DNA from: Pecten maximus
Taxonomy: Eukaryota
Length of the DNA: 64,000 bases
Assembly: GCF_902652985.1 (NCBI RefSeq)
Contig: NC_047026.1
Span: 5,208,001-5,272,000, forward strand
Direction of reading: 5' to 3'
Part shown: piece by piece, positions 38,014 through 51,632 of the stretch
Position numbering within the stretch: position 1 is the stretch's first letter
How the letters are laid out: each line of letters starts with the position of its first letter
Program-made: the position numbers and the translations under genes
Notes under the pieces: generated by a model
Told to the model about the DNA's origin: nothing
Seen by the model: the letters and a program-made list of their open reading frames with translations, nothing else
Databases searched by the model: none

Positions 38014-38857
38014 AACACAATACTTATTGATTTACTATAAAATTGATTCATTGTGAATGTGAAAAATGCGTCTGCTTGTTGCGTCCTGTGCCACCCGGTA
38101 TGTACGTTAATTGACCACCTCCATCTAGATGTCACCATATTAACACCCCAAACCCCAACCCCCTCCGGGATACATGTATCTCCAATGCCGGTACAGGTAG
38201 GACTGTGATCTAAAGTTCTCTGGCTGCAGATCAAAGGAACCTTGCAACTTACCTGTGATAAAATTCACAACTTATTACCTGGCTGTGATCGGGTGACATG
38301 TTGACAAACGGTGATGAGTACACAAGCAAATTCACACATGTTCCTAATAATTTGATAGTTGTATTATTGTCTGTAGCCAATTTCAGGAGGTATCAAACGC
38401 TATTTTTATCAGCGGTATCATACATATCTTATATGTCCCTTTTTCAAGTAATCATTAAGGAACATAAAATGTCAAACTTTTCAGGAATATCAAAACCAGG
38501 AATAATATGCATAGAAAAAAAATATTAGGAGAAAGATCCCACGGTCGGTTAATTTATGTACACGTCTGTGATAAGACACACTTAAAAAATCCCCTAAATT
38601 TTGTCATAGTAAATAATGGTATATACGTCTCTGGATAAATAAACTTAAATAAGTTATATTCCATCTTCCTTTACTGAAATTTCTGTACATGTACCCGTGT
38701 GCAGGTATCTAATACTTTGAAGATCTAACATATTGGATCTGATTCCAGGTACATGTATCAGTTACAGGTAACACAGAATGAGGTAATGGCCTAAGGCAAC
38801 AATTAATGTCATTTTTGTTGTGAAATACATATACTGACAAACTTGGGGAGGGGGAGG

Positions 38858-39082
38858 TTTGGTTTTGGTTTGTTTTTTGTTGAACGGCCTATTAACAGCC
38901 AGGGTCATTTAAGGACGTGCCAGGTTTTGGAGGTGGAGGAAAGCCGGAAAAACCGGAGAAAAACCACCGGTCTACGGTCAGTACCTTGCAAAAGCCCCAC
39001 GTATGTTTCGAACTCGCAACCCAGAGGTGGAGGGCTAGTGTTAAAGTGTCCGGACACCTTAACCACTCGGCCACCGCGGCCC
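38858..39082 (-). mobile_element. Full-length tRNA-derived SINE (Meta/V-like central domain)
   Basis: On the minus strand: A box GGTGGCCGAGTGGTTAAG, B box GAGTTCGAAAC, central CGGTGGTTTTTCTCCGG...TTTCCTCCACC and an (AAACC)n tail. Flanked by the direct repeat GGGAGGGGGAGG. Confidence 0.88.
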
Positions 39083-39559
39083 GGGAGGGGGAGGGGGAGG
39101 ACAACAGTTGTAACCTTATATAACACACATACGTGTTTATGTATCTGGAGCTGTACTTGTCATACAACACTTGAATTATACAACACTTATATTTGTAATT
39201 TCATAATTTTCTTCTATAACGTTACCTGCTAACACATATATTATATACACATGTGGATCATGTGGAACTTAAGCCGAAGTTTTTTTTTTACAGTTCACGC
39301 TAAAATGTTTTTTGCAATATCGTTTAAAAACAAAATTTTGGGATACATTTTGATCAGCATTTAAGTGTTTCCCCATTGCATTAAGAAAATGATAGATTGT
39401 TCTTTACCTTAAAATTTATAACTGATGGGGATTTTACCTCTTCTTGTAATTAAAGAAAATCATCAAATAAACTATATTTATTGAATATCTTTATTGTGAA
39501 GAAAATTGTATATAAAAATTAATTATTTTTTGATGATGCGCAAAAAAAAAAGAAAAAAA

Positions 39560-39895
39560 AAATTTGAAAAAACATCCACAGGTAGATATTATATAAGTAG
39601 TGTTATATATAAACATCTTTATGTCTTCACATAATTTGTACACATCAGAGTTAGCCACTCGTGGGAGATAATTTACGGAAAATATTATAAACATCGGAGG
39701 TCCTAGTACTGAGCCTTGTGGGATTCCTGAGGTAATGTTAATCATTCGGAATCTGCACCAATATCAACTATACATTCATATACTTTTTGATATCGGCCTA
39801 TCAAAAATAATTATATCCAAGGAACCATTTGACTTGAAAAGTTATATGAACATAATTTATTGATGAGTCTGTTCTGTGGAATCGTATCAAAGGCA
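39560..39895 (-). pseudogene. Decayed CR1/L2-type RT fragment
   Basis: AFDTIPQNRLINKL and TSGIPQGSVLGP motifs, with stops. Confidence 0.7.
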
Positions 39896-41470
39896 AAGTT
39901 ATGGAAAGGTGCATTTTTAAACATGTTCATAATTTTTTGCGTGATTCTTCTTTTTTAACTGAGCACCAATCAGGGTTTAGATGTGGCGATTCTGCTATTA
40001 ATCAACTATTGATTATCACAAATGACATTGGTAAAGCTTTAGATTGTGGGAAGGAGGTACAGGTTGTTTTTCTTAATATAAGTAAGGCGTTTGATCGCGT
40101 CTGGCACAAGTGTCTTCTCTATAAATTACAGAAAGCAGGCTTTACGGGAAATAGTTTGGGGTAGTTCAAAAGTTATCTTTCTGATAGGAAACGAGTTATG
40201 ATAAATGGAGAATTTTCAAACTACAGTACTATTTAATCTGGCGTTCCTCAGGGCTCTATATTAGGGCCCCTGTTGTTTTTGATATTTATAAATGATATAA
40301 TTTCGGATATTAGCAGCATTATCAAATTATTCGCTGATGACACTACTCTTTATCTCATAATAGATAATGCAATTAATTCAGCCAATGTTATAAATAACGA
40401 TCTTTTTAAAATTCATACATGGACCACTCAATGGTTAGTTACGTTTAATACAAATAAAACGGAGTCGTTATTAGTCAGTAAGAAAGTTTCAAAATGTAAT
40501 CTTCCACAACTAAGTATGGACAATACGAATATAAAACAAGTTTTATTACATAAAAACCTAGGTGTATATTTCAACTCTGAATTAAGTTGGACTAACCATG
40601 TAGATTGTATCGTGTCTAAAATATCAAAAAGTCTAGCAGTTCTCCGCAAACTTAAATTCCTTCTTGACCGAAATACCTTGGAACATATATATTTCTCATA
40701 TATAATGCCTATACTCGAATATGCCGACGTTGTATGGGATTCTTTACCAACTTTACTTATAAATAAACTAGAATTAATTCACAAAGAATCAGCAAGGATA
40801 GTTACGGAAGCAACAAAACTGGTAAGTAGTGAACTATTATATAAAGATACATGTTGGGACACATTAGCAGAACGTAGGAAAAAACATAAGATAATTAAGC
40901 TTCATAACATGGTCCATAATCATACTCCTCCTTCCCTTTCTAATATACTTCCAAGAAGAAATTCTGAAATACATAGCCAAAGAACTAGACAATCAAACCA
41001 ATTATCCACCATCAAAACTAATACCAGTTCCTACAAAAACTCATTCCTTCCAAGCACTATTCATCTATGGAACAACTTACCCTCCACCATTAGAGAAAAT
41101 GCATCCGTGTCAGTCCTAAAAAAATATCTTGATAGAGACAGAAATAAATTGCCTAGTTATCTATCCTGTGGAAACCGTAAAGCCCAAATTTATCACTCCG
41201 ATTAAAATGTAGTAGCTTAAAAGCACATGTTTTTGAAAAAAATCTTAATGATGATCCTTTTTGTTCATGTGGATACATCGAGGACAACTTTCATTTTTTA
41301 TTTGCATGTGAAAAGTATACAGATTTAAGAGAACAATATATAAAAAAAAAATTATGATTTAGATATGGCTTGTTTACTAGGGTGAAGTCCAGACCTTGCA
41401 GTACAAAAAAACGAGGAAATCATTTTGGCAGTACACGAATTTATAACGAAGAGTGAGCGTTTTGTGTAGT
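39896..41470 (+). pseudogene. 5'-truncated, decayed CR1-type LINE RT
   Basis: QSGFR, ISKAFDRVWH, SGVPQGSILGPLLFLIFIND, LFADDTTL and SFLPSTIHLWNNLP; in-frame stops and frameshifts. Confidence 0.9.
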
Positions 41471-41786
41471 CAAGTCATATTGTATGTATGTATGTATCGC
41501 ATCAATCGAACATTTTTATGTCTTACCAAATATATATATAGTTATGCTAAGTCAAATCTTACAAAGTACTTAAGTGATTACATAGTATTTACTTGGATCA
41601 GTCGTTTTCTCATATGTACAATACATTGTACCTATAACGTACCTTTACTACATTAGTCTTTTATACTTGTTGTATAATTATTTGTATGTAATTATGAAAA
41701 CATGAACAGTATTCGGACAGTAAAATTATTGTTTCACATCAGCATTCCCATGATCGCTGTATATTTCAGTGCCACCGCTGGGCCTA

Positions 41787-42110
41787 TATTTTTCGGCATA
41801 GCCGTATAATTTTCTTTTGGCCCCGGATATGACGCGACAGGTGGCGTTACTGGTCAAGATGAAGTATGTGATTGGTCAATGTAGCGGTAAATGCAAAATG
41901 CAGATATGCAGTTAAAAACGACACAAAAGTGGATGTATCTATTCAAATGACACATTAATAAAATAATATTCCTGATTCAAATGCAGTATTATTATCCGTG
42001 CTGAAACGCATTTATTGATTAGTTCGTTAATGTATTTTACCAGCAGTTTTACATTATAACCACCAGCATTACAACTACGCCGTTTATCTTTTTTAAAGAT
42101 ATTTCTTGTT
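41787..42110. repeat. Dispersed repeat, inverted copy of 27434-27813
   Basis: Reverse-complement alignment by eye. Confidence 0.8.
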
Positions 42111-42359
42111 TGAATTGATGACGTTTCCCCACTTTAAGGTGACAGGTAAAACGCTTTTACAGAACCATGATGTGAAGACACACCAATATTTTTAATTCAC
42201 TGAGGTTTCTTCAGGTTATAACATTAGATTTTTACAGTATATCCGATTTTAATAACCTCAAGTCAAACCAACAATGTACAATGAAAACTTGAGCTACAAA
42301 ATTATCCATAGCTTGCTTTTATAAAAGACAATAGCGATTTTGTTCAGAGACCTATATAC

Positions 42360-42735
42360 ATAGTTTTATCCTGCAACTGCCACCGCACTGTCGGAATACA
42401 CCCAACATATATTTTTTTCGCTGTATATGGCAATGACGGAAAACAGCTGTATTTTGGAATATTAGCACGTGCGTCAATTCGACTAGCCTACTTCCAAGTG
42501 AAAGGCGAACATATTTTGATTATTGTTGATACCGTTTCACTTCAAAATGATTATTTTTGACGACTGTTGCAGGAAAAATAGAATACATGGTCAGTGTCTT
42601 AAATATAAGCTGTATTTTTGGCTCGGGACAGAAAGACAAAAGTGGCTCGCCAAGGCTCGTCACTTTTGTCTTTCTTTACCCTCGCCAAAATACAGCTTAT
42701 ATTTTAAGACACTGACCATGTATTCTCTCTATATA
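42360..42735. mobile_element. Hairpin-terminated non-autonomous element (Crypton-like?), copy 1
   Basis: Same family as 52035-52408; short inverted repeat TTTTATCCTGCAAC / GTTGCAGGAAAAA and a terminal hairpin with ~70-bp arms (42580-42727). Confidence 0.7.
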
Positions 42736-43795
42736 TATAGGTCTCTGGTTTGTTAAAATGAATGACATGACCTACATTCAGCCATATGGACAAATCTTAA
42801 GATTGTTTTTTTTATAAACGCCGCTTGTCACATTCAAAAGACTTTAAATGTTAGCAAGTTATAAGTTATAAGTTATGCAGGGATTAGTCCCGAGGCACGA
42901 AGATCCATATATGGTCAGTACCTACAAAAAAAATTAAAAAATTGATGTGAATGTCAAAATGATTGCCAGTGTCTTCCTAGCCTGCCATCACATGGTACTG
43001 AATAAATGGATGCTTACACGAGTTTAAGTTGAACTTTCTACAAAGATCCCCAAGGTGTAAAGAAAAGATAATCAGCTGGTTTGTTAGTTTGTATGTGATC
43101 ATGTTTTAAAAGTAAATACAACATTGACCTATCTGAAGGTCAGAAATGCCAGGTGGCTTATTGAGCTACCAGGCTATAAAATCTAGGTGCTGCACCGTGC
43201 CAATTGGTAAAGTTAGAAACATGCACAATTTCTATTGATGAAATCTATGTCTGAACGATGATAATATGACTGAGTGTTTGTGCCTACAAGTAATGAAATT
43301 ATCACCGAAATGTACAGGAAAAAGGCGTATTGTAGACAAATACTGTACGTCTTTGCAGTAATTAGTGATAATTTGTGTCCATTCAATTAAGAATTTTAAG
43401 GAATTAATACTCGAAGAACTTCGGTTTATCTGCGGAGTAAAACTACTGTATTAATATAAAGATTACTACTTAATTTTTTTTTACATAATTTCAAGTAAGT
43501 TTAATTTTGACGACCTAAACTTCATTCAAATGAAGGAATGCCCCTTTAAGTAATGATCACACACTATGGTAAACATACCAGTAACCATTAATAAAATCTT
43601 TCAAAAGGAACATAAAACATCACATTGTTCAAAGAAAATTTAATGAATAAAATTCATACATAGCATGTATATGTAATTCAATTGGGAAAAAAAAGATATG
43701 TAAAAAAAAATTAATATAAAAAGTGAACACTCTCTTATGAAGCGATTTAATATTAAAAATGTGTGTTAAGAAGTGATTTTAAAAAATAGGGTGTG

Positions 43796-46700
43796 TTAAA
43801 GTTCATCTTTGGAATCAGTTGGAGATGACGATATAATTTGTTTAATATATTGTGCGATTCCTGTAAAATACTGATCATCTTGTTCAGTTTCTTCTGCAGC
43901 TAAACTCGTGTACTCCTTGAGGAGCTTCTGTAGTAAAGAATTAGCCGATACAATGTCTTCCCGACAGGTATCCTTAAGTGTCATCATTGCCTGGAGTACC
44001 TTCTCCCTGCCGTCATGGTCAGGGGCCTCCAGTAGTCGTGGTAACCACGCACAAAGGCCCTGCTCCCTTATCGCATCACAGAGGTGGACCCTGAAGTATA
44101 ACAAAAATTCAAAATTTATTTTAAGATTGTTCATTTTGGTTCTGATATCTTTAAATAAATACAAAATATTTTATAGAAACTTAGATTCTTTGAAATGTAT
44201 TACTGTACCTTTTTTAGAAGATTTTGGAAAGTGACTGAAATCTATTTAAAGTAACAGTGACCCTGACATTTGACGAATGTTGCCAATAATAGTGTAACCC
44301 TTTTCCTACAAACAAGGTTATAACAATGGGCAAAAATTTGTCTAAAAAAATACTGCACCCCTCCCAATTCAGATTTCAACATATTTGACCTAATTTGAGT
44401 TCCTTTAAATTTTTGCATCAATGATTAGTCCTAGAAGGACAAAATAGCTGCATGATGAAGTTTAATACATTTAGGGCTCAAGTGTATCCAAACCTGCTTT
44501 GAAATGCATTAATTATCTTGTATTTCTTTTGTTCTATCCATTGACTTACATTTTATACTGTTGAGCTTTGTCTGTATTTTTGGCTTCCATTGACATTGCA
44601 AAATCCTGGAAAAAAATAAGAAATTGTAATTAGGGAGATATATAAATTTGTATGTTCACATGTACATGTATGTATAATTCAGTTCCTTATTTTTCAAAGT
44701 TTAATTTTTTCTTGAATAATTTTGTTGGTTTGGAAACAATGTCCTGTAGAATGTTGTTCCAGGTCCTTCAGAATTCTAATATGTCTCAAACTATTTTGTT
44801 TATTTATTCCTAACATCTTGTGACATGTTTTCTGACAGACCTGCTTCACACATATATATAAGGGCTTTTCCAGTGAAACATCTACCCCACCCAAGGACTC
44901 CAGGTTTGGTTAAGGGGTACCACCTATAGAATTTATTGACTAAATTACATAGAAGAAACAAGAAGGAAACCCAACCATGGATAGAAGTGATTTATTGTGG
45001 AGTCCTGGGGTCATGTAGGTATTTTAATGGAATAGCCCTAATCATAACAGTACATTTTACCTAAACATATTTCGTTGCTGGCTCGTACCTTTTCTACGAT
45101 AAGATCCTGGAGAAGGGTTATAACTTTGATCTGTAGATTCGACAGGTCTCTGGAGTTAGGAAACATGCCCTTTAGTGCAGTGATGCCCCCGAGGTCGAGA
45201 AGACGTTTCTGAGCGTGGGGAAAGTGTCGGATCAGTGAGGACATCGCGTAAAGGAGACGTGGTAGAACCTTGACCTCAGTCTCCGTAGACAACAGTCGTA
45301 TCAGCTGGGGTAGGATCCCTGCCTCCAAAGCCTTGATCTGTACCTCGGGATTACTGAGACAAAAATCTTTATATAGTTATATATGGTGGAGATTGATGAT
45401 TGTTTTAATTTTGAGATGTTCTCTACTCTAGGTAGTAGGTTTTACTACGAACTTAACTGCAGTTTCAATTATCCACTTTGGACAAAGAAGTCCTGTATGA
45501 AGCCGAGTTTGAGTGATTGACAGATGGAAACAAATTCAGATTGACCTTATACAGTGTATAAACATACATATTCAGATGTTTAGAAATAATCCTAGTTAAG
45601 CTATTGTTTCACTTGAAGCTTTCAGCTAAATGATGACTGTGATGTAGTTTCTGTACATTATTTTCTATGGAAAGCATTGTAGAAGTGGCACTGTTTTAAT
45701 ATAGTAAGATTACTGGTCATTTAGTTGAAATTGGAGCTTTTGACACCACAGGTTCCTCCATAATAGAATCTGAAGTGATGGCGATACCTACTAAGTGAGA
45801 ATGTTCTGAAAAATTGAGGGTTTAGAGAAAGTGGATGGGAATTTCCTCTATAATACATTCTACATAGACTAGCCAGGGGCACCTCCCATTAAGTTCTTGT
45901 AAAGAATTGCCGACGGCTGACTTCTAATACATGTGTACCAGATTATCTCCCCCTAGTTTGAATCTTGGGAATCGGACTATCCTAGGGACCTTACATATAA
46001 AGATAAATCTGATCTATGATTTTAATATTCGAGAAATAGGGGCCACGTCTATGTTCTATATAGCACATTCTAGAAATTTCAATGAGATTTTCACCAAAAA
46101 ACATTATCAAAAATCATTTAATCACACTCCATACACACCTTTGTACAGCTGAACCAATAACAAATGCTGACTGTTCCCGAGTGAGGGCTAGGCTATCGTT
46201 GAGTCCCTTCATCAACAGTTTCATCCCACCAAGGTTACAGAATACCTGGGCATTGTCAATCTGTCACAGAAAAATAAAATTGTCACACAATCACCAATTC
46301 ATAATGCATATCATCAATGTGCATTGCATATTCATGTCCAATCGAACATCAGAATTGCCAAAAATAAACAAAACACATAATTTCACATTTTAACATCACA
46401 ATGAAAATGACTGAAGATTTACTAGATGAAACCTTGAATGTTACACAGGGGTTTTTAAGAAAACCAACATTTCCAACGAGACAGAACCTTAAATGAAACG
46501 AAAATCTATAGTTTCATTTTATGACTCCTGCATGAGATGAAACAATATGGCTACTAGTTCAGTGCTTTATCTTTCCCTCATAAATTTTCTTGAGATATAT
46601 TCGATCATAGTTGTAAAATTTACTGATAACAGCATGAAGCTCCATGTAAACTCATGAAAAAAGGGATGTGAGTCTATACCTGATGAAGATAAAACTCCAG

Positions 46701-49655
46701 ATCATTTAAAAGATCGTTTTTCTGCGTGTCATCCAAGTCTGTTGAGTTCAGTCTATGGAACATCTCCGTAACTATCTCTCCATCCGTCTTTATCTGTGTG
46801 TTCATGTCAGAAAGCTCCTTCTTTATGTCATCATACTTCCTAAATGTCTTCAATACTTCCTTCTCTCTCTGTCGGAGACAAATATTGTTTGTAAAATTGT
46901 TTTCTGTATGTCAATATCAATATAATTATTTTCACACAAAACAGACTCTTACACAGAAAAAATATTAACATTTTTTAAACAGTGATTAATTGCTAATACC
47001 TAAACTTTCCGTTCCCAATCCCTGCAATTAGCCATAGATTTCATGGTGATATTAATTACTAGGTATATAGAATGTAGACAGTTACTGACCTCTATAAATC
47101 TTACTAACCCTCTATGGTCTTATAGGGGGTCAATAATTGACTATAGAACACATTTATTCCATTGATGGTTTTATAATGTATGCCATCTGTTTTACCTGCA
47201 TTGACATAAAAGTGAGACAATATTCAACCAATTGATGTTGATCAAATGTTTCTAACTTAGATTTATAATCGTTTCACAGTTTTGCTGATGTCTTGCTTGT
47301 GAACAAAGTCTTGGGGGCTTGAGTTTCGAGTCTTGTTTTTGTTTAGGTCCTCATTAATTGTCTGCCAGAACCTCTCTAATTTTTTGTTTTTAATCACAGT
47401 TAATAAAATGCTTGACTTCACAGCTTACTTGACGACACTCTTACTCTTGGCTCAATTACATGTACTTTTAACTAGCAACTCTTATAGATGTTTTAAACTT
47501 TTTTCCAAGACAATTTCGTATGCAAAAAATACACAGGAGAGTTGATATTTGAGCAGCGATAATTTAGAGACTATTTGTTTTAATTTTTAAATGACAAACA
47601 AGGGTTTCCATCTTGTTGATCCCCAATAGTCTCATAGGTTATCACCATGTGACCGGATTTAAACCAATCAAATGCAACAATCTGTCAGAGGTGCGATGAA
47701 TTTCATTGTTGCATGACATGTCTAACTGTCATCAACAACACATTATTAAGGATTTCATATCATTAACAACACAAATTTTCCTACAATACCATAAACTAAT
47801 TGTATAACAATACTCCTAGACTCGAGTTCATGATTTTATCTCATCATTATTTACAGAAGTTGCTGAATGATATAACATACCTCTTTGTTATCCTGCTCAT
47901 CTAACTTGGTTGTTTTGAATTCCTTTAAAGCCTCTTTGAGCTGTTGTGGAGTGAAAGACTTTTCCTTTGGATTTAGCATACCTGTCAAACGAGAAATATT
48001 TAATTGGATTAAATAAACCTGTAAAACAAGTAACAATGATTTGGATTTTTATGCTTATTAAGTTTAATTTCAATTTTAACAAGTATAAGTCTATAAACAG
48101 CAGCAGAAGCCTGAAGACGCGATGATCTTTTTCCCACTGAATACAGATATAATTACCTTCCCGGTCACCTGATTTCCAATATTTGCTTTCTTCATCGCCC
48201 TCCATTAGCTTCGCCTCCCTGTCACCTGTCTGTAGGTTCATGCGAACATGGAGACCTGCAGGTACAGACTGACCTAAAATAAAATGAAAAATTACATACA
48301 AACACAATTCACATAATTCAGTCTTGAAACGGCTCTTTTTGAATTAGTAAAATACGTATACCTTACCCATCAATCAAAAAAGATAAAATTAATAATTTTG
48401 ACAGCATTTGTTAATACCACAATCTAATTGAAATCTGGATGGTCATTCTCTCTACATTACATGAACATCTAACAACATCCCATAAGGGGTCACGTCAGGA
48501 TGACCTTTTGGATTAGCCAATCAAATGACTACCGGTACTTCCAGAATCTTGGAAGTGAATTTCATATGTCTGAATTAGCATGACTAGAGTGCATAGCTTG
48601 CATACTCTGTCAATTTGTTTCAAGTCATTTCATCCCACAAAGCATATAGTACATGCATGCTGTGCTGAAATGGTTTGATTCAGATGCATGATGTGACGAA
48701 ATGTTTTGCTTCGATGACATCGACAAATTGACAATTCGCCCTGAAAGTGAAAAACGCACAACTCGTTCACCCCAACGTGACCCCTTATGGGATGTTGTTC
48801 GATGTTTATGTAGCGAGAATGACCATCTAGATTTTAATTAGATAATTTATTGTTAATACCATTACACAAAATCACGCATACCTTAGGTTGATGTATGTGT
48901 GAGTAGTGATGGTGTCTCTAGATCAGTCACCAATATTGATATAAAAAACAAGAATTTGTAAAAATATCACTGCAATATCAATTTGTCTTACCTTTCTTAA
49001 TGGATTTCCATTCTTTTGTTGGGTAAAACACATCCATACTGGGAACATCCTCTTCTATTTCCTCACTACTTTCAACAGTTACTTCGGCTGAAAACCAACA
49101 CAACAGTCAAGATCAACATTGCTGTACAATAAAGACTTCTCATAGGTTCAAAATTAATTACTTTATACCCAAGATACGCAGATACATACAGGTTGCAAAC
49201 ATTTTTTTTTTTCATACTTATATACATGTAGTATGTTATAATTAATGATACCCCTATAAAACTAAAAAATAGTGATATCAATGCTTAAATATACACAAAT
49301 AATTATTCAAACATACTGGTATATATACACAAATAATAATTCAACATACTGGTATATATATTTAGTTATTTACACAAATAATTATTTAATATTACTGGTA
49401 CATATACATAATAGCATTATTAAGTGTCCGGTCCTTAACAAAAATGTCGGATATTTCAGATATTCTGGTATTGTGATATTTACCATCATCTTCCGTCGGA
49501 TCCTGGGGTACAAGTGTAAGTGCTCCCCCATTCCGAACCTTTTCTCCACCAGGTGGCACTTTCTGTGTGTTGACCAACATGTGGTAGCAACAGATTAGAA
49601 ACAATGACACACTGATGAGGTTCAGTATTCTCACTCCCTGTATCAACGCCATCAT
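43796..49655 (-). CDS. SIL1: Nucleotide exchange factor SIL1 (BiP co-chaperone), 9 coding exons
   Basis: Coding exons 49655-49484, 49087-48992, 48273-48157, 47981-47881, 46868-46680, 46260-46139, 45353-45089, 44605-44550 and 44090-43796, GT-AG and phase-consistent. Signal peptide, FYPTKEW...GQSVPAGLHVRMNLQTG.REAKL, DLEFYLHQIDNAQ, SNPEVQ, LIRHFPHAQ and C-terminal KDEL. Confidence 0.95.
48421..48844. mobile_element. Intronic MITE with ~75-bp imperfect TIRs
   Basis: ATCTAATTGAAATCTGGATGGTCATTCTC...CATAAGGGGTCACGT is mirrored at 48775-48844. Confidence 0.75.
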
Positions 49656-50656
49656 TGAAGTGTCCTAAAGAATAAAACAAGCAGTATAGATATAACACTT
49701 TAATTAACACAGATCTGGGGCCAGTTAGAATTATTCATCAATATTCAAGGAATATTTCCTTAACTCAGGGCCTGATCATGATCACATGACAGTTTTGAAA
49801 ATACATCCACTGGTGACTTTGAAAGTATAAGTTTTGGTGAAATTTACTATGCCTTTGTTTCAGCATAAATGTTTTAGTTGATATTACTACACATGCATTT
49901 ATGATTTAAAACTAAGTTTATATGCTTGAGGAAACTAAGATATTTTCTGGGAAACTCAAGAATCCCAAGATTTCCAAGATGATCTTCAGGGTTTGCACTG
50001 GGCATTTCATAAATGGGGTCCTTTTCAGATAAAATGGGAATGAAGCTTCCAGAAAAAAATGAGGTCCTTTCATTTTTCTATGCTTTAAAAGGTTATTGGG
50101 ATGGCTTCAGGGCAAACCCTGATCTTAATTATTGTTCTCCATGAGGACTCTCCTAGCTCATATCAAAAAAGTGTACAAAGTGCTACCTAAGATAAACTAA
50201 AGCTAAGATAATTAAATCACTAAATCTGTAATAATCTGTATATAATCATATAAATGTTCAATTATACCTTTAATATCATTGAATATAAAAAAAAATTAAC
50301 TTAATGATAGGATGCATTGTAATGGCAGAAGGAAACATCAAACTTGAAAGACAATAAATTATCTTTTTATTGTCCCCAACATGATGATGATATATATCAG
50401 CACTAGTTTCCTCTGGTCCGGACACCATATCTAGCCTAGTAACCAGACATGTGTCAGGGTCAGAGGAAACTCAGGTTAGGTGAAATGTACACTTGGATCC
50501 GAGACCTACCGGTAACGTTATTTTTCACGCATGCACTGATGAACCCATGCCCCTGGCCGACAAGATATATCCATGTCGTTCTTTCCACAATGTCAGATTA
50601 AAACATCCATTTGGTACTACTGAAAACACTGCAATTAAAAAAGAACAGATACTTAC

Positions 50657-50860
50657 TGGAGTGTTCTAATTATATACTCAACTCTACAGGGTTTGCGTCA
50701 GAATTTTCACAATGTGATTCGGCAGTCTCTGCTTCGTACACGTCAGGTGTAAACAGTTGCATCGAACTCCTCTAATGTTTCTTTAATAAAATAGGGAAAC
50801 GCCAGATACATTCCGAACGTTTATAACCGGAAGTACCAGAACCTTTGGCGCCAATTTCAA
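50657..50860 (-). promoter_or_regulatory. Putative SIL1 non-coding exon 1 and promoter
   Basis: Minus-strand donor GTAAGT at 50656-50651, ETS motif CCGGAAGT near 50827, CpG-richer sequence. Confidence 0.5.
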
Positions 50861-51033
50861 AATTCTGTTAACTGACACGTGCTTCATCTGTGCTGGTAAT
50901 ATAATTATATAACTTCTGTTTAGCCATTTATGTGACAATCCCTTATTCATAATAAGATGTTTGAGGGTTTCAATTCTTGATTGCCTACTTATAACAGAAA
51001 TCTGAAAAAAAAACTATTCTATTAAAATTCTAC

Positions 51034-51181
51034 TCGTAATCAGAGACATATACTGTATATACATGTATGTCTCTGTCGTAATCAGAGACTTGTATATCAC
51101 AATATGATTGTGACATACAAGTCTCTGTCGTAATATACCAGAGACAGAGACATATATAGATATATATGTCTCTGGTAATAC
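51034..51181. repeat. Three stacked CAGAGAC...GTCTCTG micro-palindromes with 7-bp direct repeats
   Basis: Units at 51041-51075, 51083-51127 and 51145-51174; TCGTAAT at 51034, 51076 and 51128. Confidence 0.85.
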
Positions 51182-51201
51182 CTGGGAGCGTGTATATTTA
51201 G

Positions 51202-51632
51202 TATATAGAGGTTACACAACGAGTGTTTGTTGGATATGGAATTTGTTTCACACTCGTAAGTTATTTCTTAAAAGTTACAAAAGACACAAGCTTTAGCGAG
51301 TGTCTTTTGCAACTTTAAAAAAATAACTTATGAGTGTGAAACAAATTCCATATCTAACAATCATGAGTCATGTGACCTGTTTCTACCACAATAATGTCAG
51401 CTTAAATCAAAGGGAAACGTGGCCAAGTGATGTGACGTCATTCGATTATTGATGACGTCAACAGAGACCTATATACTAGTATATAGGTCTCTGACGTCAA
51501 TAACAATTGCAGCTTGGGTCAAAGTTCGAATTCTTGACCAATCAAAAGACCGGAAGGTCATATTTATCCAACAGTCGGCACATTTATACAATGGCTTGAG
51601 AGTGGAATAACACAGCATATTGTGGTAGAAAA
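51202..51632. mobile_element. Hairpin-terminated element (second family) containing a 32-bp micro-palindrome
   Basis: Long hairpin at about 51208-51380; inverted repeat TTCTACCACAATA / TATTGTGGTAGAA; CAGAGAC palindrome 51462-51493 flanked by ACGTCAA. Confidence 0.6.

Noticed and set aside
38990-39082. tRNA gene
   Set aside because: The A and B boxes are the head of a SINE with a body, tail, flanking direct repeat and other copies in the window.
27434-42110. Nested inverted repeats (27.4/42.1 kb and 30.3-30.5/36.3-36.5 kb) around ADO as a giant gene-capturing transposon
   Set aside because: No TSD at the outer ends, the copies are diverged, and ADO fits the conserved gene neighbourhood. Dispersed repeats in opposite orientation explain it.
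51034-51181. Repeat-spacer pattern as a mini-CRISPR
   Set aside because: The 7-bp repeats behave as TSDs and the inserts are palindromes with shared ends, also found singly elsewhere.
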